Assembly: GCF_028641065.1 (NCBI RefSeq)
Contig: NC_073394.1
Coordinates: 23,560,001 to 23,624,000 of the forward strand
Origin: Leucoraja erinacea
Taxonomy: Eukaryota
Length of the DNA: 64,000 bases
Reading direction: 5' to 3'
Positions 25,846 through 39,944 of this stretch are shown here, one piece after another (positions within the stretch are counted from its first letter, which is position 1; each line of letters begins with the position of its first letter). The position numbers and the translations under genes are program-made. The notes under the pieces were generated by a model. The model made no database searches, was not told where the DNA came from, and worked only from the letters and a program-made list of their open reading frames with translations.

Positions 25846-28089
25846 CAAAGCGGAGGGGACTTAAAGTAATTGATAATAAACATCAGGTAACCAAATTCGA
25901 ATGCAAATATAGTCCTTGTTTTCAGGAGAAAAATGGCCAAATAAGTATTTAGTACCAGTGGAAAATTCAATACTAATAAAGAACAGAACCTAACTCCATC
26001 CCATTCCGCCGGTATTTTCCTGTTTCCTGGCACTATTAAAGTGGACACAAACACCAAGACATGCTGGGTAGCATCAAACTGAACAACAACAAAAAAATCA
26101 CAAACACTGCTTTAGTTTTAGGGTCAGCCAATGATCTTGCCCATAATTCTTCTGGTGTTGGAATGTTTACATTTTCAATTTCTATATATTTAGTGCTAAC
26201 TTACCATAATTTCCAGACAGGAATATCTGTTATGACATTATGTATCATCAGGCTTCATGATTGATTTGTGTGATCAACGTGTTTTATTTTTAAGTTACAA
26301 CATTTACCACACACAGGTACAAATGCAGCTAAAAGGCAATTATGTTCTTGGTGCTAGGGGTAAAAATATTCAATTTTGCTCAGCACTCCAAAAGTGACAA
26401 GAGATGAAGCCTGACGGTGTAAGGAAGCTGAATTAACACAAGTTCATTTTAAGTAACTTTCTAAAAGGTGACTGGGCATGGGGCAGACCCATTAAGGGCA
26501 AAATCCCATCGAACAGAAAACAACCAAAGATTAAAACTATAGAAGTTAAGAAATAACTATGTTAATCCTAGAATTTTAAAAAACAGTAGCCTTCATGGAG
26601 AAAGAGAGGCTGAAGGAAATAAGTAGTTCTACATTTACTGAGAAACAAAGTTGGAGACCTCCATGCAATGTTCTTGGGATTTAGATTTAATTAAGATGCT
26701 GTGAGAGATAATGTACAGACTGGAGCATGTTAACTTAAAGGAGCAAAAGGGAACTTCAGAGCAGCATTGATTTTTGATAAAATAGAAGAAAATTAACTGC
26801 TTGCTAATTAAATCTCCGCACACCATTGGACTCGGCAACTTCCCAGCTGGTACCCAATGCCAACAACATTAGTCATTCAAAAATATTAAACTTTTCCGGA
26901 AACTATAAATAATCAGTAATCAGTGTTGATTTTGCCCCTTTAAGAAATTATGTTTATAATTATATTTAAGTGCATTAGGAAGACTAAACTAATCCTAAAC
27001 TGCGAGCATTTCAACATGGGACATGCTGAAATGAAGACTAATGAAACCATTGGACTGAGAAGGTGTTCTGAAACCTGTGGTTGATACACAAAAAAAAAAT
27101 CAAATTTTGCATATCTTATGGTTATAAAAAGGTATTTCCAACATTTGGGGATGGAGTTATTCCTAACCCTTGAAGGGTAAAGAGAAATAATGTACAACGT
27201 GTAAGACATTACCCGTTGATCAGTTTGAAGTCTCAACAGTTACCATAATGAAGAGCTTTCTTTCTCTTGTCCCCTCAAATGCACAGCACATGTAGACCTC
27301 AGTGCAGTGAATTGCATGAACACAAGATTTTATTGCAACATCAACATGCAGGAGATCATGGACTCTGGGAACACTGACGGTAAAGGCCAACATGGGCACA
27401 ACACAACAAGAAATCTTTTGAAAGAATATAGGATATTTCGCTTTCCTTCCATCATATTTTAAATAAGATTCATTAAAAAGCAAAGTTACAGTTCACAAAT
27501 ATAAAAAATAGAAACATTTGTCATATTAAACAGTTGGGCAGGAGTCAGTGAAAACAATAGCAAGTCCATGATTTGATGCTCCCAACAATCTCCCAGTCTC
27601 AAATTGAGCAATTCAATTATATATTGAATCCTGCAACTGAAGAACTTCTCTTATTATACTGAGAGGCATTCACATCTTCTATAAGTGCTGCTGCTACATA
27701 GCAGAAGCAAATTCCTCATAATAATTTTGGTTATTGTTTTCCCATTACCCTGTTTGTATTTCAGAGCAATATGATTTTCCTGCCCATGATGATCTTAATA
27801 TGACAAAGTCATAGAAATGAATTTAGCATCCATTAAACGCGTTCAGTTCATTACCTAATGACAATACTTGCACTTAATAGATTAATCAAATGGAAACATA
27901 AGCTGCTGCATAAAGACAGTGATTGTATTGGGCATATTGGTAAGTGACCAGAGTAATTCCTGACATATGTGGATGAGAAAGAGTTATTCACAATTCCACT
28001 ACACCAGGTATTACTTTGTGTCAAAAAAATACAGGGTTGTAAAGAGGTTAATGAAGATCTAATGTAGTGTAGAATTTCCAAAGATTTAC

Positions 28090-28235
28090 TTTTCTTGGAT
28101 TGTGCTTCAAATTGGTTGAGACTCTGTTTGTTGCAAGGCATGACCTCTGGTCTTTGTCCGTGAAGTTCTCTTTGTGGAAGCAGCTCCATGAGACGCCGAA
28201 CAGAACTTTCGGATCCCAGATACACTTCAGCAAAC
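28090..28235 (-). CDS. cpsf7: CPSF7 coding exon 4 (RRM C-terminal part)
   Basis: tag|FAEVYLGSESSVRRLMELLPQRELHGQRPEVMPCNKQSLNQFEAQSKK|gtaaat; 146 nt; frame continuous with neighbours. Confidence 0.96.
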
Positions 28236-29707
28236 CTAATCAGAAAATAAAGACACAAGAAAAAGAGTTCTGTTACTGATCATGAAACAGCATTCTCACG
28301 TGATTTCTAGATTTCTCTCCATCTATGTACCATGCTTCCGGTAGTTTTTTATGTCTCACAGCAATTCTTCACACAGAAAAGGGGCTCCAGTATGCTCTTC
28401 AAACTTGGAGAACCGTCTAGTTCACTCCTGTCATGACACACACTACCTGCTTATATTGGTACATCATTCCTCAGCAGAAGATGCTGCATAGAGATTAGAA
28501 AATGTAGCATTTGCTACTTTCCCTTTTCCAAATAGATGCTTTGACTTTACTACATGCAATCTCAAAGTGACATTGGATAGTTCAGCAAAATCCAGGGCTT
28601 AGGCATGAACTGGATTGCAAACCTTCTACCCATTTTGTTCATCTTTAGGTTTAGGTTTGTGCCATGTGACGCTGTTCCCCACTAAACAACACCAGCACCA
28701 TCACAGTGCAGGTGGTCATGAAGTGGACAAGAGCGAGAATAACCGATAAACAGAAATTCTTAGCTCTCACTGCTATCCTGGAAATTTCTAATAGAGAGTG
28801 CACAAAAACAACTTAAATCCTAGTGTGGCTCCAAACATCCTGTTAGCATACACATTACAAACTCTTACTCGAAAATGAACCTTTAGATAATGCTTGGGTG
28901 GTGATAAGGTATTGATCATGTATGCGAGAAAAATGAAGGACAAAAAGTGTGCGCGTGGGCATCTGAGAGTCGGGATGACTTGTGCAGCCTAATAAAAGTG
29001 AAGTCTCCACTCATTTCTATTGCACATTTCTATATCGTGATCCAGGATAATATGCCAAAACCAACCTTCCTAAATTTGCATTCTGATCTGATGATAGTTT
29101 TGTTTGTATGAGTTTGTAGTAAAGGAAACATGAAATAGCTTGTCAACTGTGAAGGCATTGCAGTCAAACCCAGTTTTGTCCTTGGGGATAGAACTCTTCT
29201 AATGCCCTAGGAAAGACTGACCAGCCCAGTAGGGACCGTAAATTAGCCGTGATAATTTTTGGTTTGCATGGCTTTGTACTGTGCGTGCATGTGCACCGCT
29301 ACTCATTTGGTCACAGTTTCTTAATTTTTATTCCATAATTGAAGCATTAACAGTCCTTTTATCGTCAGAGATGCTTCAATGGCATTTCCAGTTTATATTT
29401 TCATAAAACATCTTTTTAATCAATATTGTTAAAGGCGCTCCATGATAACACTATTTTTTTTCCTGCTGTTGTGAAAACAAATTGACATTTGAAATGCAAT
29501 TCACATTTCTGTTCTTTCTTCCTAACTTCCTCTGCACAAAAGAAACAGCATGTCACAAGGTTATTAAATGACAGTGAAGCATTTTGGAATGTCCCCAGGT
29601 ATCAAAAGTGCTCTGTGATTGCATGTTCTAATCCCATTACATCCCATCTATCTACAAAGTATTCGGCCTGGCATCTCCTTGTCCCGTGATCTGATATATT
29701 CATCTTA

Positions 29708-30203
29708 TCCTTATTATTATAACTATAAAACTCTGATCTTGGGTGCGTGCGCATGTGATCATGCTGCTCGAAAAACCGACGCTCCAACGGTAAAATGTCG
29801 GTAGATGCCGATAGAGATTTATGCCGTGAAGTCAAAAATTGCCATATCTGAAAATTTCATGCATTATTTCTCGAGTTATTTATGAAAATATTCACAAATG
29901 TGCAGAAAGTTGGAAAAACAATAACTGCTTTCTCCTGTGCTTACAGCTGTGACATCACAATGGGATTGTAGCCCTGCTCGTAACATTGTTGCTATCCAAG
30001 TACACCGAGTTCTGCTAGCCCCAGCAAGTGCAAATGCATTTTTTTTTAAGTTTAAAAATGAGGGAGGGAATAAGGCAAAATGAGCAGCCCCTGCGCAGTT
30101 GTCGGTCATGGGCGAGTGGTGGAATATTGCGTTGGGGAACGGGTTGCGTTGGGGGACCAGGCCTCCCGTGTGACAGGGACCCAACGGGTCCCACTTGGTC
30201 TAG
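29708..30203 (+). mobile_element. Non-autonomous Helitron
   Basis: Probable A|TC 5' start; perfect 3' hairpin GGGACCC-AAC-GGGTCCC (30176-30192); terminal CTAG|T; no TSD. Confidence 0.85.
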
Positions 30204-31252
30204 TATTATTTATAACTGGTTTGTACATTTGTGCATGGTATCTCCCTAAACTCTCAATCACTTGAGCAAATACACCAACCAGGTAATTGGGAGAAAGTAG
30301 CAAGCCCTACAAAGGAAGGAATCAATCAACACAAAGATGAAATGGATATTTTTTTAACCTGCTTTTGCAAGGAAACTGAAAGGATTCGGCTGAATGGCAA
30401 AAGCTCCAGTGGTTGGTGATAATAAGTTAGTGGGCTGTATCCCTGGCTGTCTTCTGAACAATTTTTGACTCGCTTTCCTTATTTGTACTTTCAATAAAAT
30501 TAACACGAAGAATAAAGTGAATAAAAATGATAAAACTAAATTTAAATCAAAATTCCTTTCACAGATATGTTTAAAATAAGCATTCTTTTCCTCATTTAGG
30601 TGACTCCAAGTGTGTCACATATGGAGATTCTACCTGCAATATACCAACATACAAATTAAGATTTGATTACGTATGGCTGGTGTACATATAGCTGCTAAAT
30701 TTGTATAAGATAATTACAAGCAGTTGAATAAGGGGTGGGAATTAATAAGCTTTGGCTTCTTCCTGCTCCTTTTCGGACACATACGATTTCATTTATTTAT
30801 AGATATTGTTTATGACACTTTATAAATATTCTTGTTTTGTTTTTGTATGCTTTTCACACTTGCTTTTTATTCTTTTATTCTGTTCGAAATGAATAATAAA
30901 ATAAATAAATTAGTCAATTATTTTAGCATCATGTGGCTGATGCATTTGCAATTTCAGCATGCAAATAACAGCAATGCAAGCTGCAGCTGACACCCTAATT
31001 CAATAAATATGCTCTGATTCCATTGCAACAGTGAAATGACAGCACTGAGTTCTGTGTACAGAACTGTTGGGCCTTGCTTAACATGAAATACCTGCACTGC
31101 CTTTCTGTATCACAACAGTCACAGTAATTCAGTCTATAATCTGGGAATGAATCAGATGCATCATAAAGGAATAGAGCTATTTAATACCTTGTGGCGAAGT
31201 TGACATGGGTATTAATTGTAGCTCATTAGGCCAGTCACACACACACACTTAC

Positions 31253-31356
31253 CCCTTTGATTGCCCATTGGCACGGTTTTCATAGAACTTGATCTCCAGT
31301 AGATCCTGCACGCCAACTGAATGGACAGCATCTGCCACATCTTGATCTGTTGTCCA
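31253..31356 (-). CDS. cpsf7: CPSF7 coding exon 3 (RRM)
   Basis: cag|[35 protein letters not shown]|gtaagt; 104 nt. Confidence 0.96.
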
Positions 31357-33021
31357 CTGAATGAAACAAAGCACAAGGATAATAAATTGATAAGATAATA
31401 AAAGGATAAGATTTTTAACAACTTATATGCAGGTTCTGAAGCCAAAATATACTAGAGCTCATTAGTACATATTTTAACTATTTTTTTAATTATTAAAGAT
31501 GGTGGAAAAGTGAAGTAGATTGCCCATTAAGAAGTTAGAACATTACAGTACTGCAACCTTCCCGTCGGCCCATAATGTTTGTGCCGAACATCATACCAAG
31601 TTAAAGAGATCTCATCTGCCCTGCACATGATCCATGTCTTTCTATTCCTTGTATTTCCATGTGCCAATCTAAAAACCTCCTAAATGCAACTATCGTATCC
31701 ATCTCCAAAAGCACCCCAGGCGAAGCGTTCTAATCTTCCACCACACTCTTAATAATACTCTCACTACACTTATTTGCACGGACTCGCTTTTGCTTATAGA
31801 GTCAGAGTCAGCACGGAAACAGATCCTTTGGCCCAACTTGCCCATGCCGAACAAGATGCCCATGTACACTAGTCCCACCTGCCTGTGTTTGGTCCATATC
31901 CCTCTAAACCTTTCCTATCCTTGTCTTATATCAATTTTACACGTTCAAACTTAAACAAAATTCGCAAAAATAAATTCACATAGCCAACAAAAACAAGCTT
32001 GAAACCTGTGAAATTGCGATTGAATAATTCATATGGTTGAGGCTGGCTATCAATTCAAGCCTAGTATGACCTATATATAAATACCATTTGGCATTTGAGT
32101 TAATCCAGCTCTGTACTTTGATGGTTTGCTCGATATTAGCACATTTGATCTTTATCAATGTTTGGTGTTAAATATAGAGAAAATGAAGTTGATGGGTTTG
32201 GGTGGGTCCGATTTGAATTTTATGCCCAGATTGACCTCTCATCCCTTTCATTTGAAATAAGCTCTTCTCATTGGTTCTGGGTATTTGTGATGAGTGCTAA
32301 ATCAACATAATTTATATTTAATGACACCCTGACATTAAAACAAGAATAATAAGTATTAGGCATAACAAAGAAGAATAACTCCTTCCTCTGGATAATTAGA
32401 TGACAATAAATGCAGACCTTGTCAATAACACCTATTTTCTTTGTTTCCTGTTACATGAATATGCAGGGAATGGAGGGATATGGATCATGTGCAGGCAGAG
32501 AAGATTGGTTTAACTTGGCATAATGTTTGGCATGGACATTGTGGGCCAAAGGGCCTGCTCCTGTAATGTTCTTTAATGTGGACACCGCTCCCAACATTAC
32601 CTTGTACGAACTTAATGGAGTTTCAAAAAGTGATAAGAAAAAACAAGAAACAACAGAAAATTGAAGTTTACAGTGTAAAGTAGTAATTCAAATAAAAAAG
32701 GTCATGAAGAGAACAAAAAATCAACAAAGGTGTTAATGATGAGGGTTACATCAGGAACAAACAGCAACATTAAAGCTAAACTGGGCAGTATCTAAAGGGA
32801 AAATGTGAAAAAAAAATATTTGAAAAAATATGAAATATGTTTGCAACAAAATAGGGAGAGGAAATTAGATGACGATAGAATAAAATAAAGATTGTTGAAA
32901 GGATATTAGCTTGGGAAACCAATTCAAACAAATCAATTTGAGCAAAGCTAAAAGAAAATAAGGAATGATAAACACCGGTGGGAACAGTGTAAAGTAAAAT
33001 GACTCAGTAATCACAGTCTTA

Positions 33022-33254
33022 AGGGCCTGTCCCACTTGGGTGTTATTTGCGCGTCACGCAGGTGTTGCGCAAAGATTTTGCGAATCCCAAAATCCTGGAG
33101 CGCTGCACGTGACTATGTCTATGCCTATGTCACCATGCACCATGCGCACGTAATGCACGCCATGCACGCATCACGTGCGCGTCACGACGCGCTCGCCATG
33201 CGTCGTGACGCGTCAATTATGTCACATAAATGACGCCCAAGTGGGACAGGCCCT
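33022..33254. mobile_element. PIF/Harbinger-type MITE
   Basis: Same TIRs as the element at 8049-8264, TTA TSD, different CpG-rich interior. Confidence 0.9.
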
Positions 33255-33339
33255 TTAAGCAACATACAAATGGGAACAACAGATATGCACATAATGGAGT
33301 AATCACAAGAGACTGCGATAAATAAATCTCCGGTAATTA

Positions 33340-35255
33340 TGTTAAAGATGATTTTGGGGAATGCATTCAAAATAATTCCTCAAAATACACATCTGGATCA
33401 GGGGCGATTTTGAAGACATTAGGCAGGGACTTGCAGTGGTCGCTTGGGCCAGTCTATTTGCAGGTAAGTGGGAGGCTTTTAAGATGGCAAAAGCACAGGG
33501 CAGCATGTTCCTGTAAGGGTGAAGGACAAGGCTGGCAAGTTTAGGGAATCCTGGTGGATGAAAGATATTGAGGCTCTGGTCAGGAAAATGGAAGAAGCTC
33601 GTGTCAGATGTCATAAGGTCATAAGTGATAAGAGTAGAAATAAGCCAGTCGGCCCATCAAGTCTACTCTGCCATTCAATCATGGCTGATCTATCTCTCTC
33701 CTTACGCCATTCTCCTGTACCAATCAAAACTCTATCTATCTATGCCTTAACAATATCCACTGACTACAGCCTTCTGTGGCAAAGAATTTCACAGATTCAC
33801 CATTTTCTGACTAAAGAAATTTCTCCTCATCCCCTTCCTAAAATAACGTTCTTTAATTCTGAAGCTATGACCTCTAGTCCCAGATTCTCCCACTAGTGAA
33901 AATATCCTCTTCATGTCCACTCTATCCAAGCCTTTCACTATTCTGTATGTTCCAATGAGGTCCCCCCTCATTCTACTTAACTCCAGTGAGTACAGGCCCA
34001 GTGCCGACATAAGCTAACCTACTCATTCCTGGGATCATTTGTGTAAAACTCCTCTGGACCCATCCCCATAGCCAGCAACATCCTTCCTCAGATATGGTGC
34101 CCAAAATTGCTCACAACATTCCAAATGCAGCCTTATCAGTGCCTTACAGAGCCTTGGCATTACATCCCTGTTTTTGTATACAAGCCCTCTTTAAATAAAT
34201 GTTAGCATTGAGTTTGCTTTCTTTACTACCGATTCGACTTGCAAACTAACTTTTTGGGAATTCTGCACCAGCACTCCCAAGTTCCTTTGTGTGCAAAGTA
34301 CTATTGATATAGAGTCATTATATATCATAACAAGTACTTTAATTAGAACACATACAGAGACCATCGAAATGAGTACTGTAGGCTTGAAATCGTACGTTGA
34401 ACTGCCTAACCAACATGGCTGCCCGCATGCCACTAGGTGGTGGTGGTGTAGAACCCCGACATGGATTACGGATCAGGTAATCAGCAGCAAAACCAGACAC
34501 GGATCAATTCAGCAATACTGTTTGATCTACATTTTGCACCACTGATTTCTGGATTCTCTCCTCATTTAGAGAAGATTAGAAAAAAGATCGGCAGTTGGGA
34601 TCCAGTAAGTTCCTCGGTGGGTAAAGAAATGTAGGAAAATATTTAAGAAGGCAATAGTTGGGCAAAAACAGGACATCACATGGAGTTGCCATGGAAAATC
34701 CTAAGAAATTCTATCGGTATATAAGGATTAAAAGGGCCTGACCAAGTGTATTCTCGGACCTTGTGGAAAGCCAGGGAAGAAATTCCAAAGGCCTTTATAG
34801 GGATCTTCGCATCATCTTTAGCCACAGGTGAAGTTCCAGAGGACTGGAGGGTAGCCAATATTATACTGTTATTTAAGAAGTGCAGCGCGGACAAGCCAGG
34901 GAAGTTCAGGCTCGTGACCCTAGCGTTAGTGGTGGGAATGTTATTGGAGGGGATTCTGAGAAACAGGATCTACCTGCATTTAGAAAGTCAAGGACTGATC
35001 AGAGACAGCCAGCATGACTTTGTATGGGGGAAAATCATGTCTCATGAATGTGGTAGAGTACTCCAAAGGGGACATCAAGTGGATTAAAGAGTGCAAGGCA
35101 GTGGACATGTCCACAGCAAGGCCCCACATGACAGGCTAATGTGGAAGGTTAGATCACATGGAATCTAGATGGATTCAAAAGTGGCTTGGAGGAAGGAGTC
35201 AAAGGGTAGTTGTGGAGGGTTATGATTAGTGACCCGTGACCAGCAGTGTGCCCTA
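33340..35255. mobile_element. Nested CR1 LINE fragments
   Basis: Plus-strand ORF2 pieces (EVPEDWRVANIILLFKK...) are interrupted by a minus-strand CR1 3' fragment at about 33610-34290 (LGLYSLE..RMRGDLI; RTRGHS-like motif). Confidence 0.8.
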
Positions 35256-35278
35256 AAAAGGACAATGTTAAGGACAAT

Positions 35279-36097
35279 GAAATTCTTGTGACTTATTTTA
35301 CAACAAACAGCATACAAATACCCAGTAATACATTAACCTACCCACAACACTTTCACAATATTAGTTCCAGGTAGAGTCTGGAATGAATCGTGCTTCATAA
35401 CTAGCAGGTATAACATAGGTGGAAAGTCTAGCATACTATGATACCTTTATTTACTTTGGTGTACTCAACAGTGTTGTATTACTGCTCAATATGGGTTGTC
35501 AAATGAATGCGAGCAACAATCAAGCAAGTCCCAGTTCAAAATGTGATGGGGACAAAGATCCTTGCATACTTTAACAAGACATTAAGCAAATACCCTGGCT
35601 CCATTTTTGAGGTAACATAAAATGCCTCAACACTATTCTATAAGGTCATAGAATTTCCTAAACATCACAGTCAATATTTAATTCTTAAAAGCAAAATGAT
35701 GAGCTTGTCGTGTATCTCATTGCTATTTGTAGAACCTTAGTATGTCTAAATTGGTTCATTTCCTTACATTGCAACATTTCAAAAAGCAATTATTTGGCCA
35801 TTAAACACTTGGAACAATGAGAGTATGAATGGCACTTTTAATAATTAGATTCTTTTGTGGCCTAAAAAGAGTAATGTTAAAGACAGGGAAATTCTTGTGA
35901 CCTTTTACAACTGACAGCATCCAAATACCCAGTAATACAGTAACCTACCCACCTGGAATAAATATGTTTCATAACTAGCAGATAACATAGGTGGAAGATC
36001 TAACATACTATGATACCTTTATTTACTTTAGTGTACTCAGTGTTGTAGTACTGTTCAATCTGGCTTGTCAAATGAATGCGAGCAACAATCAAGCAAG
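35279..36097. repeat. Local direct duplication (35279-35528 and 35888-36097)
   Basis: Two colinear copies from GAAATTCTTGTGAC to GAATGCGAGCAACAATCAAGCAAG, with one indel of about 30 nt. Confidence 0.9.
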
Positions 36098-36817
36098 GCA
36101 ACCCATGAGGATTACTTTTGACACACATCAATATATTTGATGTCAGCCAATTACAAATCTTACTCATTTACCTATAGTATACATGGTACTCGCTATAACA
36201 GGGAACTTATGATATATTTTACAAATGAGGATAAAATCAAAGAGATGTTACTGGAAAACATTCAATATTCTACAGACAGAAAGTATCCCTCTACTCAAAG
36301 GCAACTCTTAGTTATGCTCTTACAAAACTTTCTCTGGTACTGGATCAAAGTATGGAAGTGCCAGACATTAAACCTTCCTCAGAAAACCTGGTTCACTGAA
36401 AAGTTTTAGAATAAAGTCCAGGGGAAATGCAGCCACATTTTCAAGTGGTAAATGCATAGAAAGCAGAGCTATGATAATTGCCATGGGAATTAAATTATTA
36501 TGAACTGAATAGGTCTTCAATTGTAGCTCATCATCCATCCTCCTGATAGGAGGAATTAGATTCTTTGCACATGAGAGGTTTTGGACGAGGTAACAGATAA
36601 CAGATTTGTGTCAATGTTTTTACATTAAAGAACCAAGACTATCTGCCCAAAACAGGAGCAGCAAATAGAAACGTGTTTAATCTAGCCAATTTAGGGATAA
36701 CAGCAGAAAAAAATAGCGACTCCATTAAGAAACCTTTCAGCCTGCCAAAATGCAGCTGTCATCCGTTAAATATATAGCTACGTGCATCAAAATAACATTA
36801 AACTGACATTCACTCAC

Positions 36818-37027
36818 CCACGTTAGGTTTCCCACATAGACAGCTTGCCTTTTGCCTCCATACGTGTAAACGATGGTTGGCCTGGCGCTATTTTCTGTTT
36901 TCTGCGGCTCACCAGGTGTCCGGGGCGATATCTCATCGTAGCTTTGATCTTCGTGGTTATTACCATCGGCAGCTGCTATTACATCGTCGTAAAGGTCAAC
37001 TTGATCATTTGCAACGTAGTCAGTCTC
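36818..37027 (-). CDS. cpsf7: CPSF7 coding exon 2
   Basis: ttcttctag|ETDYVANDQVDLYDDVIAA...TIVYTYGGKRQAVYVGNLTW|gtgagt; 210 nt; start of the RRM (RNP2). Confidence 0.95.
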
Positions 37028-37666
37028 CTAGAAGAAAAACACACATTTCATTCAGGACAGAATAATTAAATATGCAGGATACATTTTTATGATGCACAGC
37101 CCAATGATATAAAGTAGCAGTTACATGTCCCTTTGGGCACTGTAAATATTGCCAACATAGTTATATCTCCTCCAAGGTCTCCTTTTCTGTAAAGGCCAAA
37201 GTGTAAGTATATAGGAAAGAATGTGGAGTAAGTGTAACTAGTCATTTCAAAAATGCGATTTCAACACACTGGTCTAATTACACTTTGTACTATTGCACTC
37301 ATTGTCACTCATGATAACAATGAAACAAGTATCACAGTCCATTCAAAGGGCCATAGATAGTTCAATTCGGTCCATGGAATGAACTGAGCAATTTATTCAA
37401 CCTCAGGATATCCTACACCCCCAGTAAGAATCATGTGACCGAAAATCTGCTAAATAGCAAGAAAAATACTCAAAGAAAACTGAATTTGCTTTCAGATTCT
37501 GATTTTATCTGGCACACACGTTTGACAATATTTATTATACAACATTATGAAATAATGTGAAGTGTCATATGCAAAAAAAAAGTCCCGGAGGAACTCAGCA
37601 GGATAACATCAGTGGCTGGAGATAGTGACAAAGACAAGAAGTAAAATGGAGACCTCTCCATTTCTA

Positions 37667-39125
37667 CAGTGCCCTCCATAATGTTTGGGTCAAAGACCCA
37701 TCATTTACTTATTTGCCTCTGTACTCCACAATTTGAGATTTGTAATAGAAAAAAAAAAATCACACAATTTCAGGGCACCATAATGGCTTCACAGGCGTTC
37801 GTAATTGGTCAGGTGTGTTTAATTGCCTCCTTAATGCAGGTACAAGAGAGCTCTCAGCACCTAGTCTTTCCTCCAGTTTTTCCATCACCATTGGAAACTT
37901 TTACTACTGTTTATCAACTCGAGCACCAAAGTTGTACCAATGAAAGTCAAAGAAGCCATTATAAGACTGAGAAACAAGAATAAAACTGTTAGAGACATCA
38001 GCCAAACCTTAGGCTTATCAAAATCAACTGTTTGGGACATCATTAAGAAGAAAGAGAGCACTGTGAGCTTACTAATCGCAAAGGGACTGGCAGGCCAAGG
38101 AAGACTTCCACAGCTGATGACAGAAGAACTCTCAATAAAAAAAGAAAAATCCCCAAACTGCTGTCCGACAGATCAAAGACCGCTGTCCGCAGAAGACTTT
38201 GTGAACAGAAATACAAAGGCTACACTGCAAGATGCAAACCACTGGTCAGCCACAAAAATTGGATGGCCAAGTTACAGTTTGCCAAGAAGTACTTAAAAGA
38301 GCAACCACAGTTCTGGAAGGTCTTGTGAACAGATGAGATAAAGATTAACTTATATCAGAGCAAGAACAAAGTATGGAGGAGAGAATGAACTGCCCAAGAT
38401 CCAAAGCATACCACCTCATCTGTGAAACACGGTGGTGGGGGTATTATGGCCTGGGCACGTATGGGTGCTGCAGGTACTGGCTCACTTATCTTCATTGATG
38501 ATACAACTGCTGATGGCAGTAGCATAATTAATTCTGAAGTGTGTACACACATCCTATCTGCTCACGTTCAAACAAATGCTTAAAAACTCATTGGCCGGCG
38601 GTTCATTCTACAGCAAGACAATGATCTCAAACAAACTGCTAAAGCAACAAAGGCGTTATTCAAAGCTAAAAAAATGGTCAATCACCCGATCTGAACCCAA
38701 TTGAGCATGCTTTTTATATGCTGAAGAGAAAACTGAAGGGGATTAGCCCACAAAACAAGTATAAGCTAAAGATGGCTGCAATACAGAGAATACACCCATC
38801 AACTGGTGATGTACATGAATCGCAATCTTCAAGCAGTCATTGCATGCAAAGGATATGCAACAAAACACTAAACATGACTACTTTCATTTGCATGACATTG
38901 CTGTGTCCCAAACATTATGGTTGCCCTGAACTGGGAAGGGACTATGTATAAACACTGCTGTAATTTATACATGGTGAAACCAAAATGCATAAACATGGAC
39001 TTCATTAAAATCTGACAATGTGCACTTTAACCACGTGATTTTTTTCTGTTACAAATCTCAAATTGTGGAGCAGAGGCAAATAAATAAATGATGGGTCTTC
39101 GTCCCAAACATTATGGAGGGCGCTG
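37667..39125 (+). mobile_element. Full-length decayed Tc1 transposon
   Basis: TA TSD; long TIRs beginning CAGTGCCCTCCATAATGTTTGGG; frameshifted transposase with HTH (ISQTLGLSKSTVWDIIKK), TDE, VKHGGG, QQDND and SPDLNPIEH motifs. Confidence 0.95.
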
Positions 39126-39944
39126 TACCTCCACCTATCTGCTAATGCGTGCCTTCCATGCCAATCACCCCTTCTCACTTGTATCCACGTATCATTTGCC
39201 AGGCTTTGTCCCACCCCACCCCACCTCTTTTTCAGCTTTCTCCTCCCCACTTCATCGGTTCAAAGATGGGTCCAAACCCAAAATGTTGTCTATCTATTCC
39301 CGCAACAGATACTGCCTTGACCTGCTGAGTTCCTCCAACACATTGTTTTTTTGTTCAAGATTGCTGCAATTCCCTGTGTCTCCGTAAAATGTCATGTTCT
39401 TTCTAAGAATTATAGAAAGAAGAATTTATTTAAAAAGAGAATGCTATACTCCCACCTACAGGTCATAGAAAGACACATCTGGTTTTACTAAAGGTGAAAG
39501 CTTGCTTCCTAGAATGAGTTTTCCTGCACAAGTAACATTCAATAGATGGAAAAACTTAAAGAATTACATTTATTTAGTGCTTTACGCATCTTATTACATT
39601 CCAAATCTCTAATCCACATCTCCCCCAGCCTGACCTTATGATTTTTCATCTAGCCCTATCACTTTTTGTCGTTGAAATATTTCGCGATAATGTGCTCGGA
39701 CGAAGTGCATAGTTACCATTCAGAATTATGCTCAATGAAGCATTCACATATTATTTTTGGTTCAAATAAAGTCACAAACTAAACATATTCACCAATCAAG
39801 ACATAATATATACCACAATGACATGCAGCAAAATTATAATACAGTATCTCAACTCTTTTTACACGTTACAATGAATGCAATTTCTATTATTTCTTTCCAC
39901 TTCCAAACAAAAATGTGGTTGGATTATTCAGCGTGTGATCAATC

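Noticed and set aside
25155-25848. Hydrophobic F/L/S-rich ORFs resembling membrane proteins
   Set aside because: Translation artefact of a purine/pyrimidine-skewed tract.
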